A stretch of DNA of 64,000 nt, from NCBI RefSeq assembly GCF_009914755.1, contig NC_060929.1; one strand, given 5' to 3'. Shown here piece by piece: positions 47,157-60,938 of the stretch. The notes under the pieces are model-generated. The model searched no databases and was not told where the DNA came from. It was given only the letters and a program-made list of their open reading frames with translations. The DNA is from the human T2T-CHM13v2.0 reference genome, Homo sapiens. The position numbers and the translations under genes are program-made. The first letter of the stretch is position 1. Each line of letters opens with the position of its first letter.

Positions 47157-47580
47157 TGTGATGGTTTACTGAGTGTCAACTTGATTGGATTGAAGGATAC
47201 AAAGTATTGATTCTGGGTGTGTCTGTGAAGGTGTTGCCAAAGGAGGTTAACATTTGAGTCAGTAGGCTGGGAAAGGCAGACCCTCCCTTAATCGGGGTGG
47301 GCACAATCTAATCAGCTGCCAGCGTGGCTAGAATATAAGCAGGCAGAAAGATGTGAAAGAGAGAGACTGGCCTAGTCTCCCAGCCTACATCTTTCTCCTA
47401 TGTTAGATGCTTCCTACACTTGAACATCCGACCCCAAGTTCTTCCCTCTCCTTGCTCCTCAGCTTGCAGATGGCCTGTTGTGGGACCTTGTGATCGTGTG
47501 AGTTAATACTTCATAAACTCCCCTTTATACATACATCTATGCCATTAATTCTGTCCCTCTAGAGAGCCCTGACTAATACA
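47157..47580 (+). promoter_or_regulatory. MLT2A1-type 3' LTR
   Basis: tgtgatggtttactgagtgtcaacttgattggattg...gagagccctgactaataca, a direct repeat of 41032-41548. Confidence 0.92.
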
Positions 47581-48620
47581 TGGTGTTTGCAGTTTTGGAA
47601 AAATTATAAATAATGCTTCTTTGGACATTATTGCACATGCATATTAGAGAAAAATCAAAGGACAGATAGGTAGACAAAAATGCAGACATAAACACATATA
47701 TATGTGAGATTGTTTATATATGATGTACATTAAAGGACATTTTCACAAGCTTTTGCAAGTGATTGTACCCATTTACTCTTCCACAGTCAATGAATAAAAG
47801 GTGTTCCACACACATCTTCAAATACTTAATATTGTTTGTCACAGTCATTTACTTATTTATTTATTTGCTTGTTTGTTTATTTCATTTTAGCCATTCCATT
47901 GTGAATGTGGTAGACTATCATTGTGGTCTCTATTTGCATTTCTCTGACCATTTTGTTTTGCATGAAACCACATATACGGATGCAGTGGTATCTAGGTTAC
48001 CTTGTTGCTTTTTTAAATTGTGTTTTGCTGATAAATAATGATGCTGAGTATCTATCTCTGTGATTATTTGCTATCTATATATTATATGATGAAGCATCTT
48101 GTTTGATCTTTTGCCCATTGTTAATTTTTTTAATTATTAAATTTTAAGGGTTCTATGTATATCTTCTGGATATAAGTCCTTTGTCAGATATGTGTTACAA
48201 TTGTTCACTCTAGAACTTGGCTCACATTTCTGTTGTTTTAAACATCTTCCACAGACAAAATTGATAAAGTCTAATTTTTCATTTAAAAAATTATGAATCA
48301 TGTAAATTTATTGCTAAGCCCAAGTTCATGCAAGTTTTCTTGTGTGTGTGTGTTTATTTTTTTCTTTTTAGAAATCTTACAGTTTGTTTTACATGGAGGT
48401 CTATGGTCTAATCTGAGTCAGTTTTTGGATAAGTTGTAACGTATGTGACAAAGATCAAAGATCTTTTTTTTTTTTTTTTTGCATTCAGACATCTTTTTAT
48501 TCCAGCACAATTTGTTGAAGAGTCTGTCAATTCTCCATTGAATTGCTTTTGCATCTTAATCAAAAGTAAATTGACCATGTCTCTATGGTTTTCTTTTTGA
48601 GCTCTTAATTATTTTCTCTC
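47581..48620 (-). mobile_element. Old L1M relic, continuation
   Basis: Antisense L1M ORF2-end phrases (tcattttagccatt, ggatataagtcctttgtcagata, ccagcacaatttgttgaag). Confidence 0.6.
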
Positions 48621-49809
48621 ATAACAAATGACTTTGTTGAATTTTATATATTTATTAAATATTTGGATGCATTCATTTGTCAACTGTCTGTCCAAGGTTT
48701 TGACCATTTGTTTATTAGATGATATGCTTTTCAAATGTATTTTCTTTAATACTATGAATTTCTAGGAATTCTATTTTTAGATAATTCTTTACTCTTTTTA
48801 TTAATGTTAACTTATTTTTAGTTAATATATTCAAACGCTGAATATATTATCTATTTTTAGTTTACTTTTTATTTTGTTTTACTTTATTTTTTACTTTCTT
48901 GGTATAAATGCTATGTTGATTTATCTTTCATATTTTTACACTATTGACTTTTTTCTGAATATAGCTTTTTTTATTATATTTCCACCAAATACCCTTTATC
49001 TTCACTAAGCTTTAGCAGGTTTAATCTGTACTCTCTACTATCTTCATTTGGAAGGTTTTATTTTAATTGTTACCATGCTTTTCCCAGCTTCCCTGAATTT
49101 TGGCATATTCTCAGAATTGTTTTTGTAATACCAATCCTTGAAGAATATTTTTCTGCTTCTGAAATTTTAGTTTCCTCAAATTACACTTTATCTGAGTCTC
49201 TTTAAACACGTAGGCACTTTCAACTACATATCAGTTGTTTCCCCTTGTCATTAAATATTTTGTCTCCAGGGGATTATGCGTTTAAAAAATGTGCTAACAC
49301 CAAAAGTCTGACATGAAATTTCCCTATCTCTCTATTTTCATAATGTAGTATATAGCAGTTGTTAATTAATATACCACATCTTATTAAAATTACAGGTTGA
49401 TTTGTCTTCTTTCCTTCACTCGCTTGTAAAATTTTTAAGGACATAAACTAAGTTTTATCTTTTGATCCCTAGAACATAGTAGATATTTTGTCATAGAGTT
49501 TACTGTATACTTATCTATCTATCTATCTATCTCAGTATCTATTATCTATCTACATAAAGAAACATTTTTAACACATTTTCTCTATGATTTTTTTTATTCC
49601 CTCAGGGAAAATCTCCCCTACTCATTTACAGCAGGTTATTTTCACAGACCTTGCAAATGCATATGAGTTACTCAGTAGAGAGTGAATTAAATACCAAGAA
49701 AAATCAATGAAGCTCTGAAATAACTTTTAAAGAAATGATACACCTTAAAGTTGATGCAAATGGCAAATATGGAATAGATGCTTTCATGTCATGCTAGCAG
49801 ATACGGCAT

Positions 49810-50040
49810 TGTAAAGGTTTTAAAGTCAAGTGGTCTAGGGATTACATCTGGGCTTTTAATCACATTAGAACATAACTTTGAACATATTTCTGGACTCGTT
49901 TAAATCAATTTGCTCATCTTTAAAATGTATGATTTTACAGTAATTTTAAAGATGGTATTGCATGACAAGATAATATATGTAACAAGCTAAGATCAGTATA
50001 GATTTTATGGCAAATAATAAATGGCATCTATAATTGTTGT
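49810..50040 (+). mobile_element. MIR relic
   Basis: caatttgctcatctttaaaatg core and aataataaatggcatctat end. Confidence 0.5.
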
Positions 50041-50345
50041 ATTGCTAACACTACTTTTATCATTTCTACTACCAAGATTATCTCATAGTTCTGACTTAAG
50101 GATATAGTTACTGTATTCATTATAAAGTCTACAGTGATATGTTTTATGTGGTTTAGGCATGTTTTGAAGAGCCTCACAGATTTCTAGATCTATGAGCAAT
50201 CCTGAGCATTCCTCACCGTTGGCATGCATGTTAAGGACAATAAATTGAATAGCCCACACTACTTTCTGGTTGCTAGCACCTGGTAACTTTAAACTCCCTG
50301 CCCATGCCATCTCATTCATTGCCTTTAACATATTCTTTTTGGAAG

Positions 50346-51285
50346 ACAAATGTTTACTGAGTGTGTACTAAATACTAGGTGTGAATTAAATGGTGTTGAA
50401 CAAAAAAAAGGTATTTATAGTCAGAAAAGAGACAACAAACAAGTTAATAAATACCTCGTTGATAATGGTAAACATGAAGAATAAAAACGAAGTGTTATCA
50501 TAAAAGAGGCAGTTTATGGGGAGGGGTTATTTGAGTCATAACAATCAATAAAGTCATCTTAGATAAGAAGACAGTTGAACAAAGAGCTAAATAAAGTGAG
50601 ACAACAATTACTCCCATAAAGAGAGGGGGAGAACATTCCAGGACAAGAAATAGCAAGACCTAAAATGCACAATGGGTGTGTTTGAAAAGTCCAAGAAGTA
50701 CAAAGAAGGCCGAGTTGGAAAAGGTGTGTGAATGAATGAGATTGTAAAGTGATGAGGTCAGAGATCCAAACACAAGAGTGTTCGGTAACTATATACTGTA
50801 GAGCCATATACAGCATAATGAAGACTTATAATGTTTTGTTGAGTGAAATGTAAACCATTGGGAGAATATGAGTAGAAAAGTCCAACAGTCTTACTTCAGT
50901 TTTCAAAGTATCACTCTGGCTGATGAGTAAAGACTATAATTTAAACAGGCAAAAGTAGAAGCAGTGAGACCAACTTGGAAGTTGGTACTATTTTCTGAGT
51001 GATGAGTAATGCTGACTTGAAATAGAATGACAGAATAAACATTTCAGAACTTAGTTGTATTTATTTCAAATACTAAGCCAAGAGAAATTGCTAGCAGATT
51101 GATCATGGAGAGATGTAAAAAAAAAAAAAAGACCAATGAATACAATTAAATTTTAATCTGTGCAATTGGCATAATTGAGTTACTATTCAGAGAAAGGGAT
51201 AAGTTTGGGGAAAGATACCACTTTTCTTCATATAGAAATAAAAAATTTAGTTTTGCACAAATTTAATTTGAAATGCCCTATCAGA
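50346..51285 (-). mobile_element. L2a LINE relic
   Basis: caaatgtttactgagtg terminus plus aacattccaggacaag, gatgaggtcagaga and tcactctggctg antisense L2 phrases. Confidence 0.75.
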
Positions 51286-52346
51286 TTTATAATTGGTAAG
51301 CACCACTTTAAGTTAATCCATTAAAAAGAGAAAATTTATTTTTGTGGAGACTGTATCTTCTTACCCTGAAAAATAAACCTCGATACATTTTATTTCATTT
51401 ATGTTCAGTAAAATTATATTTCATGTTTCCTGAAAAAACATATGCAAGTATTGATTTTAAAAGAAGTAATGACATAAAAGCATTGACCTCATATTTGTCT
51501 TTTTCATTATATTTGAAGTGTATTATTTATTTAAAAGTTAGCACTTCGTGAATTTCTGTTGGTATTTAATCCATTCTCTAGTGAAGAGATAAATGCATAT
51601 GCATTTCCATTGTCTACTTCTTTTATAGTTTCCTAGTCAAACACTACCAGATCCTCACATGTCAATACCTTTGTGTGAGATTTGGGAAACTTATCATGAT
51701 TTCTAAGAAAACTTTCATCTCTTGCAAATCTTACAATCTCATTTCAGAAGTAATTGCATGATTTCATTGCATTGTATTTTTTGCTGTGGATACTTAGAAG
51801 GTGAGGCTAATAAATTGAGATGGTGGACTAGGATAAAGGCAAAAGATAAATATAGGCTAATTTTATGAGGACTAAATTCATTAGTAAATAATTTTATTTC
51901 GTGATATCTCTGATGTCACTGAGGTACATAGCAAGGTTTCCCCATATAACATAAACAGGCGTTTGTCTTCATAGGCTGACCATGCTGTTAAGGAGAGTGA
52001 TCCAAGTAAGCTTTACTCTGTAGATAACAAGAATCACCCAGCATCCTTTGCAGCAGCACCACACTAACTTACAGTGTTGGAAACCTTTTCTCAATTATAT
52101 AGGAATGCCCTTTAGGCAGAGGATGACTCATAACTTTCTATGGGTAGACATGCTCGACATTAGGATTGCCAGAGATTGTCATGTTTCCCTGATTTACATG
52201 CATCTGAATAATTTTCCCTCGTTCAACCTAATTTATCAGTTTTGCAGCCCCACTTTTATCTCATACCGTCATATAATCTGGCCAAGTTCAAGTCCAACAT
52301 TTTATCTGCCTCTGTAATCACCTACTCATGGAAGAGTAGTTTTCTA

Positions 52347-52673
<327 letters not shown>

Positions 52674-52675
52674 TT

Positions 52676-53285
52676 ATCCATTTATTGGTTGATGGACACT
52701 TAGGCTGATTCCATATCTTGGTCATTGTGAGTAGTGCTACAATAAACATGGGGGTGCAAATATCTCTTTGATACACTGATTTCCTTTCTTTTGGATATAT
52801 ACTCATTAGTAGCATTGCTGGATCATATAACAATTATATATATATATATTTTTAGAAACTTTTGTCGCTGTTATACTCATTTGCATTTCCATCAACAGTA
52901 TATAAATACTTCCCTTTCTTTTCACCCTCGGGAGCTAAAAAAATAATTGATGTCATGGAGGTAGTGAATACAATCATTGTAACCAGAGGCTAGGAAAGTT
53001 AATGGGAAGGGGGCATTAACAGGTGTAGTTAATGAATATGAAAATGCAATTATATGTAAGGAATAAGTACTAGTGTTCTGCAAAATAGGGCAATTACAGT
53101 TAATAATTACTGTATGTTTTACAATAGCTAGAAACTTTGTAATGCTTCCAACACAAACAAATGATAAATATTTGAGGTGACAAATATCCCGCTTACCCAA
53201 ATTTGATTATTATATATCACATACTTGTATCAAAATATCTCATATACCCCATAAGTATGTACAATTATTTACTACTAAAATTTTT
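52676..53285 (+). mobile_element. L1MA-like 3' end with 5' inversion (52676-52930 antisense, 52931-53285 sense)
   Basis: The antisense block encodes an ORF2 C-terminal-like peptide (CTPMFIVALLTMTKIWNQPKCPS). It is followed by a sense 3'UTR starting ggagctaaaaaa. Confidence 0.75.
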
Positions 53286-53608
53286 AAGGAAAATACATCA
53301 TGAAGGTTTATTAAATTGAAAATTACTCAAATAGCATGTAAATATTAAACCAGAGACAAATTACTTAAAAATTAAAAGCTGCTTTATATGGCAGGCCTTC
53401 ATGAAGGGGAGAGTAGTCATCCATAGTAGTAAAATGTTTCATAATTCTTGTAAATTACATACAAAGAAACACAAACACATACACATACCCACAGTGGTAT
53501 GCTGGTAAATGTTTACCAGCAGACTACACAGGAACAAAAGATAAGATATGTAGCCTTTGCCAATTTCTGTGATAGGAAAATTTCTACCACTGCAATTTAC
53601 AAGTTTCT

Positions 53609-54438
53609 TCTGTTAGTTTCTTAGAAGTGTGATATGGTTTCAATATCTCATATTGAGTTGTTAACCCCAGTGTTGAAGGTGGGGCCTGCTGGGAGGCGGT
53701 TGGATTACAGGGGTGGATTTCTCGGGAATGGTTTTAGCACCATTCTCTTAGTGCTGTTTTTGCCATAGTGAGTAAGTTCTTATGAGATCTGGTTGTTTCA
53801 AAGTGTGCAGCACCTCCCCGCTTATTCTCTCATGCTCTTGCTCCTGCCACGTGAGAAGCTTTCTCCCCTTTTGCCTTCTCCCATGATTGGAAGCTTCCTG
53901 AGGCCTCCCTGGGAGCAGAAGCTACTGAGTTTCCTTTACAGCCTGCAGAACTGTGAGCCAATTAAATCTCTTTTCTTTATAAGTTACTCAGTCTCAGATA
54001 TGACATTATAGTAGTGCAAGAATGAACTAATATAAGCTACCATAGCAAAGTACCACAAACTGGGTGGCTTGAAGAACAGAAATGTATTGTCTTACACTTC
54101 TTGAGTCTTAAATGTCTAAAATTGAGGTGTAGCCAGAGCTGATTCCTTGTGAGGACCCTGATGGAAAAATCTGTTTCTGTTCTTTCTCTTCGGGCTTGTA
54201 GATGGTCATCTTCTCCTTTAGTTCTCTTCACATCATCTTCTCTCTATACACGTCTCTGTGTCCAGATGTTTCATTTTTATAAGGACACCACTCCTATTGG
54301 ATTAGGGTTCACCCTAATAACTTCATTGTAACTTGAATTATTCTTTAAAGACCCTACCACTAATAAGGTCACATTCTGAGGTACTGGTGTTAGGACTCAA
54401 TGTGTACATTTGGGGGGAACACAAGTCAACCCATAACA
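53609..54438 (-). mobile_element. MLT1B-type MaLR LTR, split by an MST LTR
   Basis: tgttagtttc... then catagcaaagtaccacaaactgggtggctt...taaggtcacattctgaggtactgg...caacccataaca. Confidence 0.85.
53630..54034 (+). mobile_element. MSTA/MSTB-type MaLR solo LTR
   Basis: tgatatggttt...cagcctgcagaactgtgagccaattaaa...gaactaatata. Confidence 0.88.
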
Positions 54439-54719
54439 CTGTCTATGCAATGTATCTGAACATTGAATTGGGAAAAGATTAATAGTAATAGGTAATTGTT
54501 AGTCTCTCCACCATTTTGATACAGTAGACAAAAAAAAAATCAAGAACATAGATAAGAGTTAAATTTAGTAAAATAATTAGAAAACAATAGGTTGTATTTA
54601 TTACCTTGGTTTTTGATACATTTATTTCTTTATACATACATTAATTTTTAATAATGCCTGTGTTTAACAATCAACTTATAAAATTCTTAGAAATTTAAAA
54701 ATAAGCTGTTGAGAGCCAA

Positions 54720-55175
54720 GATCAGTCATTCCCAAGAAAAGTATGTGCAATTTTTCAATTGTTTAATGTGAAGATAAATTCTAAGCTTTTATGCCCACTT
54801 AATTCCTGTCTTCTCTCAGATCACCTCTTTACTAAACACTAAAAAAAACTTATGCATACAGATTTTTATTAATAGTTTGCTTGTCTATTGGTGGTAATTT
54901 TTAACTTATGTTTTTTTAAGTCAATGCCCTTGTATATAGGACATTGTACTTAAGAATACAGATGAGTCATTTCCGGTAAAAGTACACACAATCACTCACT
55001 GTTTAATGCCAACATAAATTCTAGGCTTTTATGCCCACTTAATTTCTACCTTCTTTCAGATTACTTATGTAATAAACACTAAAACATTTGTATTATGTAT
55101 GTATATTTTTATGAATAGCTTGCCAGTGTATTGACGGTAATTTTAAAGTTATTCTTCATTTGAATCAAATGCTTT
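54720..55175. repeat. Old ~240-bp-period tandem duplication
   Basis: Shared anchors 240 bp apart: tgtttaatg (54760/55000), ataaattcta, gcttttatgcccacttaatt, taaacactaaaa, ggtaatttt. Confidence 0.9.
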
Positions 55176-55551
55176 TCCATTTGCAACTACTGAGCTCATT
55201 TATACTCAGTGAAATTTGTATTTGTTAATATAACATAGACTAGAATAGACAAGATACATGACAAAAACTTTTTAAAATTCTAATATTAATTTTTTATATA
55301 CTAAAATATGATGATTCTTAACTCTCATAGGTGTTTAAAAGTATAAGAATGTTAAAAAATTACCTGCATAAGTATTAACACATTCATACATACTCAAACT
55401 TATACATATAATTTGAATGAATTTATAGATAATTCATAGCCAATTTCAAGGTGACAGTCATGAACACCTTTTAAAACATTGAATGTAACACATATAAAAA
55501 AGAATTGTCTTTCCAATAACATTTTCCTTGGATAATTACACTTACAGATTA

Positions 55552-55791
<240 letters not shown>

Positions 55792-56166
55792 TTAGCAGGA
55801 TGTAAAGAAAATTTACATGCTGCTTAAATAGCCATGTGCTACACAAATTATCAATTGGTTTATACATTTATATCGAGAGTACAATGATAGTTATTTCTTT
55901 AAAACTCCATAGAACTAAATCATTTGCGTATTAAGAATATTTCTTGTTAACTATTTTATTAGTTTTAAGAAATTCAATGAATACTACAATGCAGATTTTA
56001 TTTGTATGTCTATGCACACAAAATTAAAAAAAATAAATGATTTAAACAACTTTTCTGTTGATACAGTGGCTAATTGTTAACCAGTTTTAATTCATATATT
56101 TAGTTTGTATGCTATGATTACTAACCATTAGTTTTAAGAAATAAAAGGCACAATGAACAGTTCTAG

Positions 56167-56921
<755 letters not shown>

Positions 56922-57439
56922 TTATGTCAAACATTTGAGATTACACAGATAAACTATACAATATCATATTTTAAATGGAACATAATCTAATAATACACAT
57001 AGCAAAGTCAAGCTGATATGGAAAAATGTATGTGTGCTAACAGAGTATTTAGGAAAAAAAAAAAAAAGCAACTACATTGAAGACTGATAAAAACCCTTAT
57101 GTGGAAAGTACTATCTAGTAGAATGTATTCTTCCCAGTGTATTGAGCCTAACCAGAATGCCTTCCAGAGCTGAGGTAGTGTCAACTGATTGTTTCAGCTA
57201 ACATGGGGTATCTTTTGTACTGCCTTTCCTAATTGGATAATTTCTTTCATAGGGATAACGTTCCACATGGTAAATATAAATAGTGAAATATGTCTTTTGG
57301 AAACTCTGTTAAGAAACTAAATGTAGCCTAATTTCAGGGAGACCTCCCGAGTCCTCTGAGAGCAATGTGATCTAATATTTTCTTAAATACTTCAACAACT
57401 TATATGACCATTCCTAATATAGCCATTATCTTTATAGAG

Positions 57440-57770
57440 GGGAAAGGATAAGGTTGGATATACAACTGAGGACATTTCCAGGCAAAGTTTTGAAGGAGTG
57501 GCTTTGTTTCTCTTTGCTGATTATAGTAAATATGAAGGAAGGAGAAACATTGAGATGACAAACAAAATAGAAATAGAACTTCATAATTTTGAAAATTGTC
57601 AGCTTGTGCAGAATTCAAAAGATGATAAAATTAGGAGGTTCATTGTCAGGAAAGTGTGCTTTGGAGAGAAAGCCCAGGTTGGGGCTGGACCTTTGTTTAG
57701 TGTCTTGATAGGATCAAAAGGTCAGAGTTTTCTTTCACGCAGAGGTTTATTTGAAGAAGTTAACATGGCA
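57440..57770 (+). mobile_element. MaLR internal-region (MLT-int-like) fragment
   Basis: aactgaggacatttccaggcaaagttttgaaggagtggctttgtttctctttgctgattatagtaaa resembles MLT1-int. Confidence 0.5.
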
Positions 57771-57874
57771 AATAACTAAACATTGAAATATTTACATATA
57801 TTAAATGGTCTTCGAATAGTACATATATTAATATATATGTACAAATATTGCACATATATATACACACACAATGA

Positions 57875-58700
57875 AGTATATGAAAAAAATGCTCAATATC
57901 ACTAATCATCAGAGAAATGCAAATTGAAACCAAAATGAGATATTATCTCACACTGGTTAGAATAGCTATTATCAAAAAGACAGAGGATAAAAAGCGTCAG
58001 TGAGCATATGGATAAAAGGGAACCTTTGCACACTGTTGGTAGAAATGCAAATTAGTACAGCCAGGGAAGTTCCTCAAAAAATTAAAAGTAGAACTACCAT
58101 ATGATCCAAACATCTCACTACTGGGTACACATACAAATGAAATGGGGCAGTATGTAGAAGAGATATCTGCACTCCAATGTTTATTGCAACACTATTCACA
58201 ATAGCGAAGATATGAATGCAAATTAAGTGTCCATCAGTGGATGGGAGGGCATCATGTTAAGTGAAATAAGGCAGGCATAGAAAGACAAATATCACATAGT
58301 ATCACTTATATGCATAATTTTAAAATGTTGAACCCATAGAAGCAGAGAGTAGAATGGTGATTACCAGGAGCTTGAGTTTGGGGATACGGGGTGAAAAGTT
58401 AGAGGAGAGGTTGGTCAAAATATGCAAAATTTCAGTTAGGTGGGAGTAATAAATTTAAACAAGCTATTGTACAAGATGGTGACTGTAGTTAATAACAATA
58501 TATTGCATTCTCAAACATTTCTGAGAGTAGATTTTAAGTTCTCTCACTACATATACACACAAACACACACACACACACACACACACACAAAACACAGGCA
58601 ACTTCAATGTAACCATTCCTCAATGTAAATACATTCCAAACTACATTCGTACACAGTAAATACATGCAACTTTTATTTATCAATTTTAAATGTATTTAAA
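57875..58700 (+). mobile_element. L1MA-like 3' end
   Basis: atgctcaatatcactaatcatcagagaaatgcaaa ORF2 end and agagagtagaatggtgattaccag 3'UTR. Confidence 0.8.
58555..58588. repeat. (CA)n microsatellite
   Basis: About 13 uninterrupted CA units. Confidence 0.95.
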
Positions 58701-58749
58701 AGAAGAATTATGTATAAAAAGATAAAACTGAATTTTCTGGAAATAAATA

Positions 58750-59120
58750 GCTACAATTAAATTGTCTTTTATATACTCACAGATATGTACAATTGTCATG
58801 ATAGTTATTATTGGAATATTTTCATTATCTCAGAATAAAACCTCTACCTCCCTGTTACTACCCCATTCACTCTTTTGTTCCCATGCTTAAGCACCCACTA
58901 ATACGTTTTATTTCTATATAGGTTACCCTATTCTGGACTTTCACATCAGTGGACTCATATAATTTTTGAACTTTTGTGACTAGTGTTTTTTGTTTAGCAT
59001 AATGTCTTAAAAGGATGATCCAAGTTGTAGCATGTAGCAGCCCTTCATTTCTTTGTGTGACTGAATGATATTACATTTTATGAATATACGATACTTTATC
59101 CCTTCATCTTTTGATGAATA
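58750..59120 (-). mobile_element. L1MB-like 3' end
   Basis: cctattctggactttcacat...tttagcataatgtc...atccaagttgtagcatg. Confidence 0.65.
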
Positions 59121-60938
59121 GAAAATTGTCGTAACTCACTTTTTTCAATATTTAATTTTCTTATTTCTACAGTTGTTATGATTCAAAGTAAAATTCCATT
59201 AAGCAATTTAATATAATCGAATATTTTATAAGATTTCTAGGTTGATATTTGTTGGTTGTTTTGTTTGTTTTTACATTTTACTTCATACTGGATCTGAATT
59301 CATTTTGCCATAGGCTGTTACAATTATCCTAATAGATATGATTTTTAATAGTTTTCTTTACTATTTGATTCTTACATCTTTCCATTTTTCACATGAATGA
59401 TTTTCATTTTACTATTTCATATCTTTTTGTCTTAAATATATTTTTGTCTTAAATATATTTTCATATCTGGTTAAATATGTATTTCCCTCTTTTCTCTGTT
59501 TGAAAAGTATTGTTTTTTGTCTTGTATATAACATTTATAATTGCATTACCAACTTAAAAATCATCTTTAAATTTTGCTTTCCATTGTTTCACGACAGCAA
59601 AATTTGGAGAAGGTTTAGATCTTTTTCCCCACACCACTATCATTGTGTAGCTTTTGGTTAGTCAAAGCTCATTTTTAACATTACAGTTGTATAGTTTTAT
59701 GACACTTAGGTTATAGAATTTCATTGTAAAGGGTATTTCAAGACTTTATTTTTTCTATCATTAATTCAATATTTTCTGATATTTAGTTATTCTTGGATAT
59801 ATAAGTTGCTATCATATATTTAGATTATAGCTAACTCTTTCTTTACCAAACTCTTATTAATTGTAATTTTCTTATTTTCTTACTTTTTCTAGATGTTATA
59901 TTATTATTTTATATCTTAATGGTTTAATAACTAAATGGGTCTTCAAACATTACATACCTTAAATTTTTCCTTTGAATATTTTATATGAATAAATTGAATA
60001 ATATTGCATTTGCAAATTAATAAAGCATCTTCATAGTCTTCTGCTACCAAAGATAGTCTCTATTCCTTTGCAATATTCATCATCCTCATGTGTTCTGAAA
60101 TTTTCTGTTATAAAATGTCTCGGGGAATCTGGGAAAATAGCAGAGTAGGAAGTATGAGGAATCGGTCTTTCCACCTACATAGCGTGGACAAAATCAGTCT
60201 GTCTGATATAACTATTTTGGAATTCTGGAATCTATTAAAGTCTTGCAACTTCCAAAGAAGGAACTGTGGTAATTTTGGACAATTTAAGCTCTTCGCACAG
60301 TATTAGTTCCCTAGCTCTGTGACAGGCAGCTGTGCACTTGTTCCTGGAGAAACCTGCACACAACTTACAGGAGCCAGGATGGACAAAAATAATTCTGGTT
60401 TCCTCCTCCAATATTGAGGTACTGGGCACTGATCTTTGACTGGTGCTTTTTATTATTATTATTATTTTTTTAATCACAGAAGTACAGAGAGATACACAGC
60501 CATCGTTATTGCACCTTTTATCACTATTACTGTTTGTCCCCCTACAGCCTGAAGTGACTTCCCGAGGATTTAAAGAACCAGCATCATTTTTCTTTCCTTC
60601 ATTTCTCTCTCTCTTTTGGAGGCTTGGGGAGGAGACAGACATTAAAGACTAGGACATTCAAAAGCAATGGAATGTACAAAGGAAATTAGAATGTGACTAT
60701 ATATGCTCAGGGAAAGGTATGAACCCACAAAAAACTGAGAAGCATAAATTTACACCACAGGCTGATATTTGACATATAGACCCTACAACAATCAAGAAAC
60801 AGAAACGATAAAGATAATAACAGAAAACAACAACCTCTGGGGAAAGAGAAAGGCAAATTTCAGAGTTACCACATTATTAGATTCAGATGTCAGTTTTCAA
60901 CAAAAAAAAATTACAAGACATTAAAAATTACAAGAGAG

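Larger units (their letters stand above)
41032..47580 (+). mobile_element. Full-length HERV-L provirus (LTR-gag-pro-pol-dUTPase-LTR, no env)
   Basis: Two direct LTRs, PBS, PPT and 5-bp TSD tggag/tggtg. RT, RNase H, integrase and dUTPase motifs appear in the ORF track. Confidence 0.97.
53492..54715 (-). mobile_element. MER63-type hAT transposon, split by MLT1B/MST
   Basis: cagtggtatgctggtaaatgttta terminus. Resumes after 54438 and runs to tgtgtttaacaatc...gagagcc. Confidence 0.6.

Noticed and set aside
50268-50287. RFX X-box-like motif (ggttgctagcacc)
   Set aside because: An imperfect single motif with no supporting cluster, so it is expected by chance in 64 kb.
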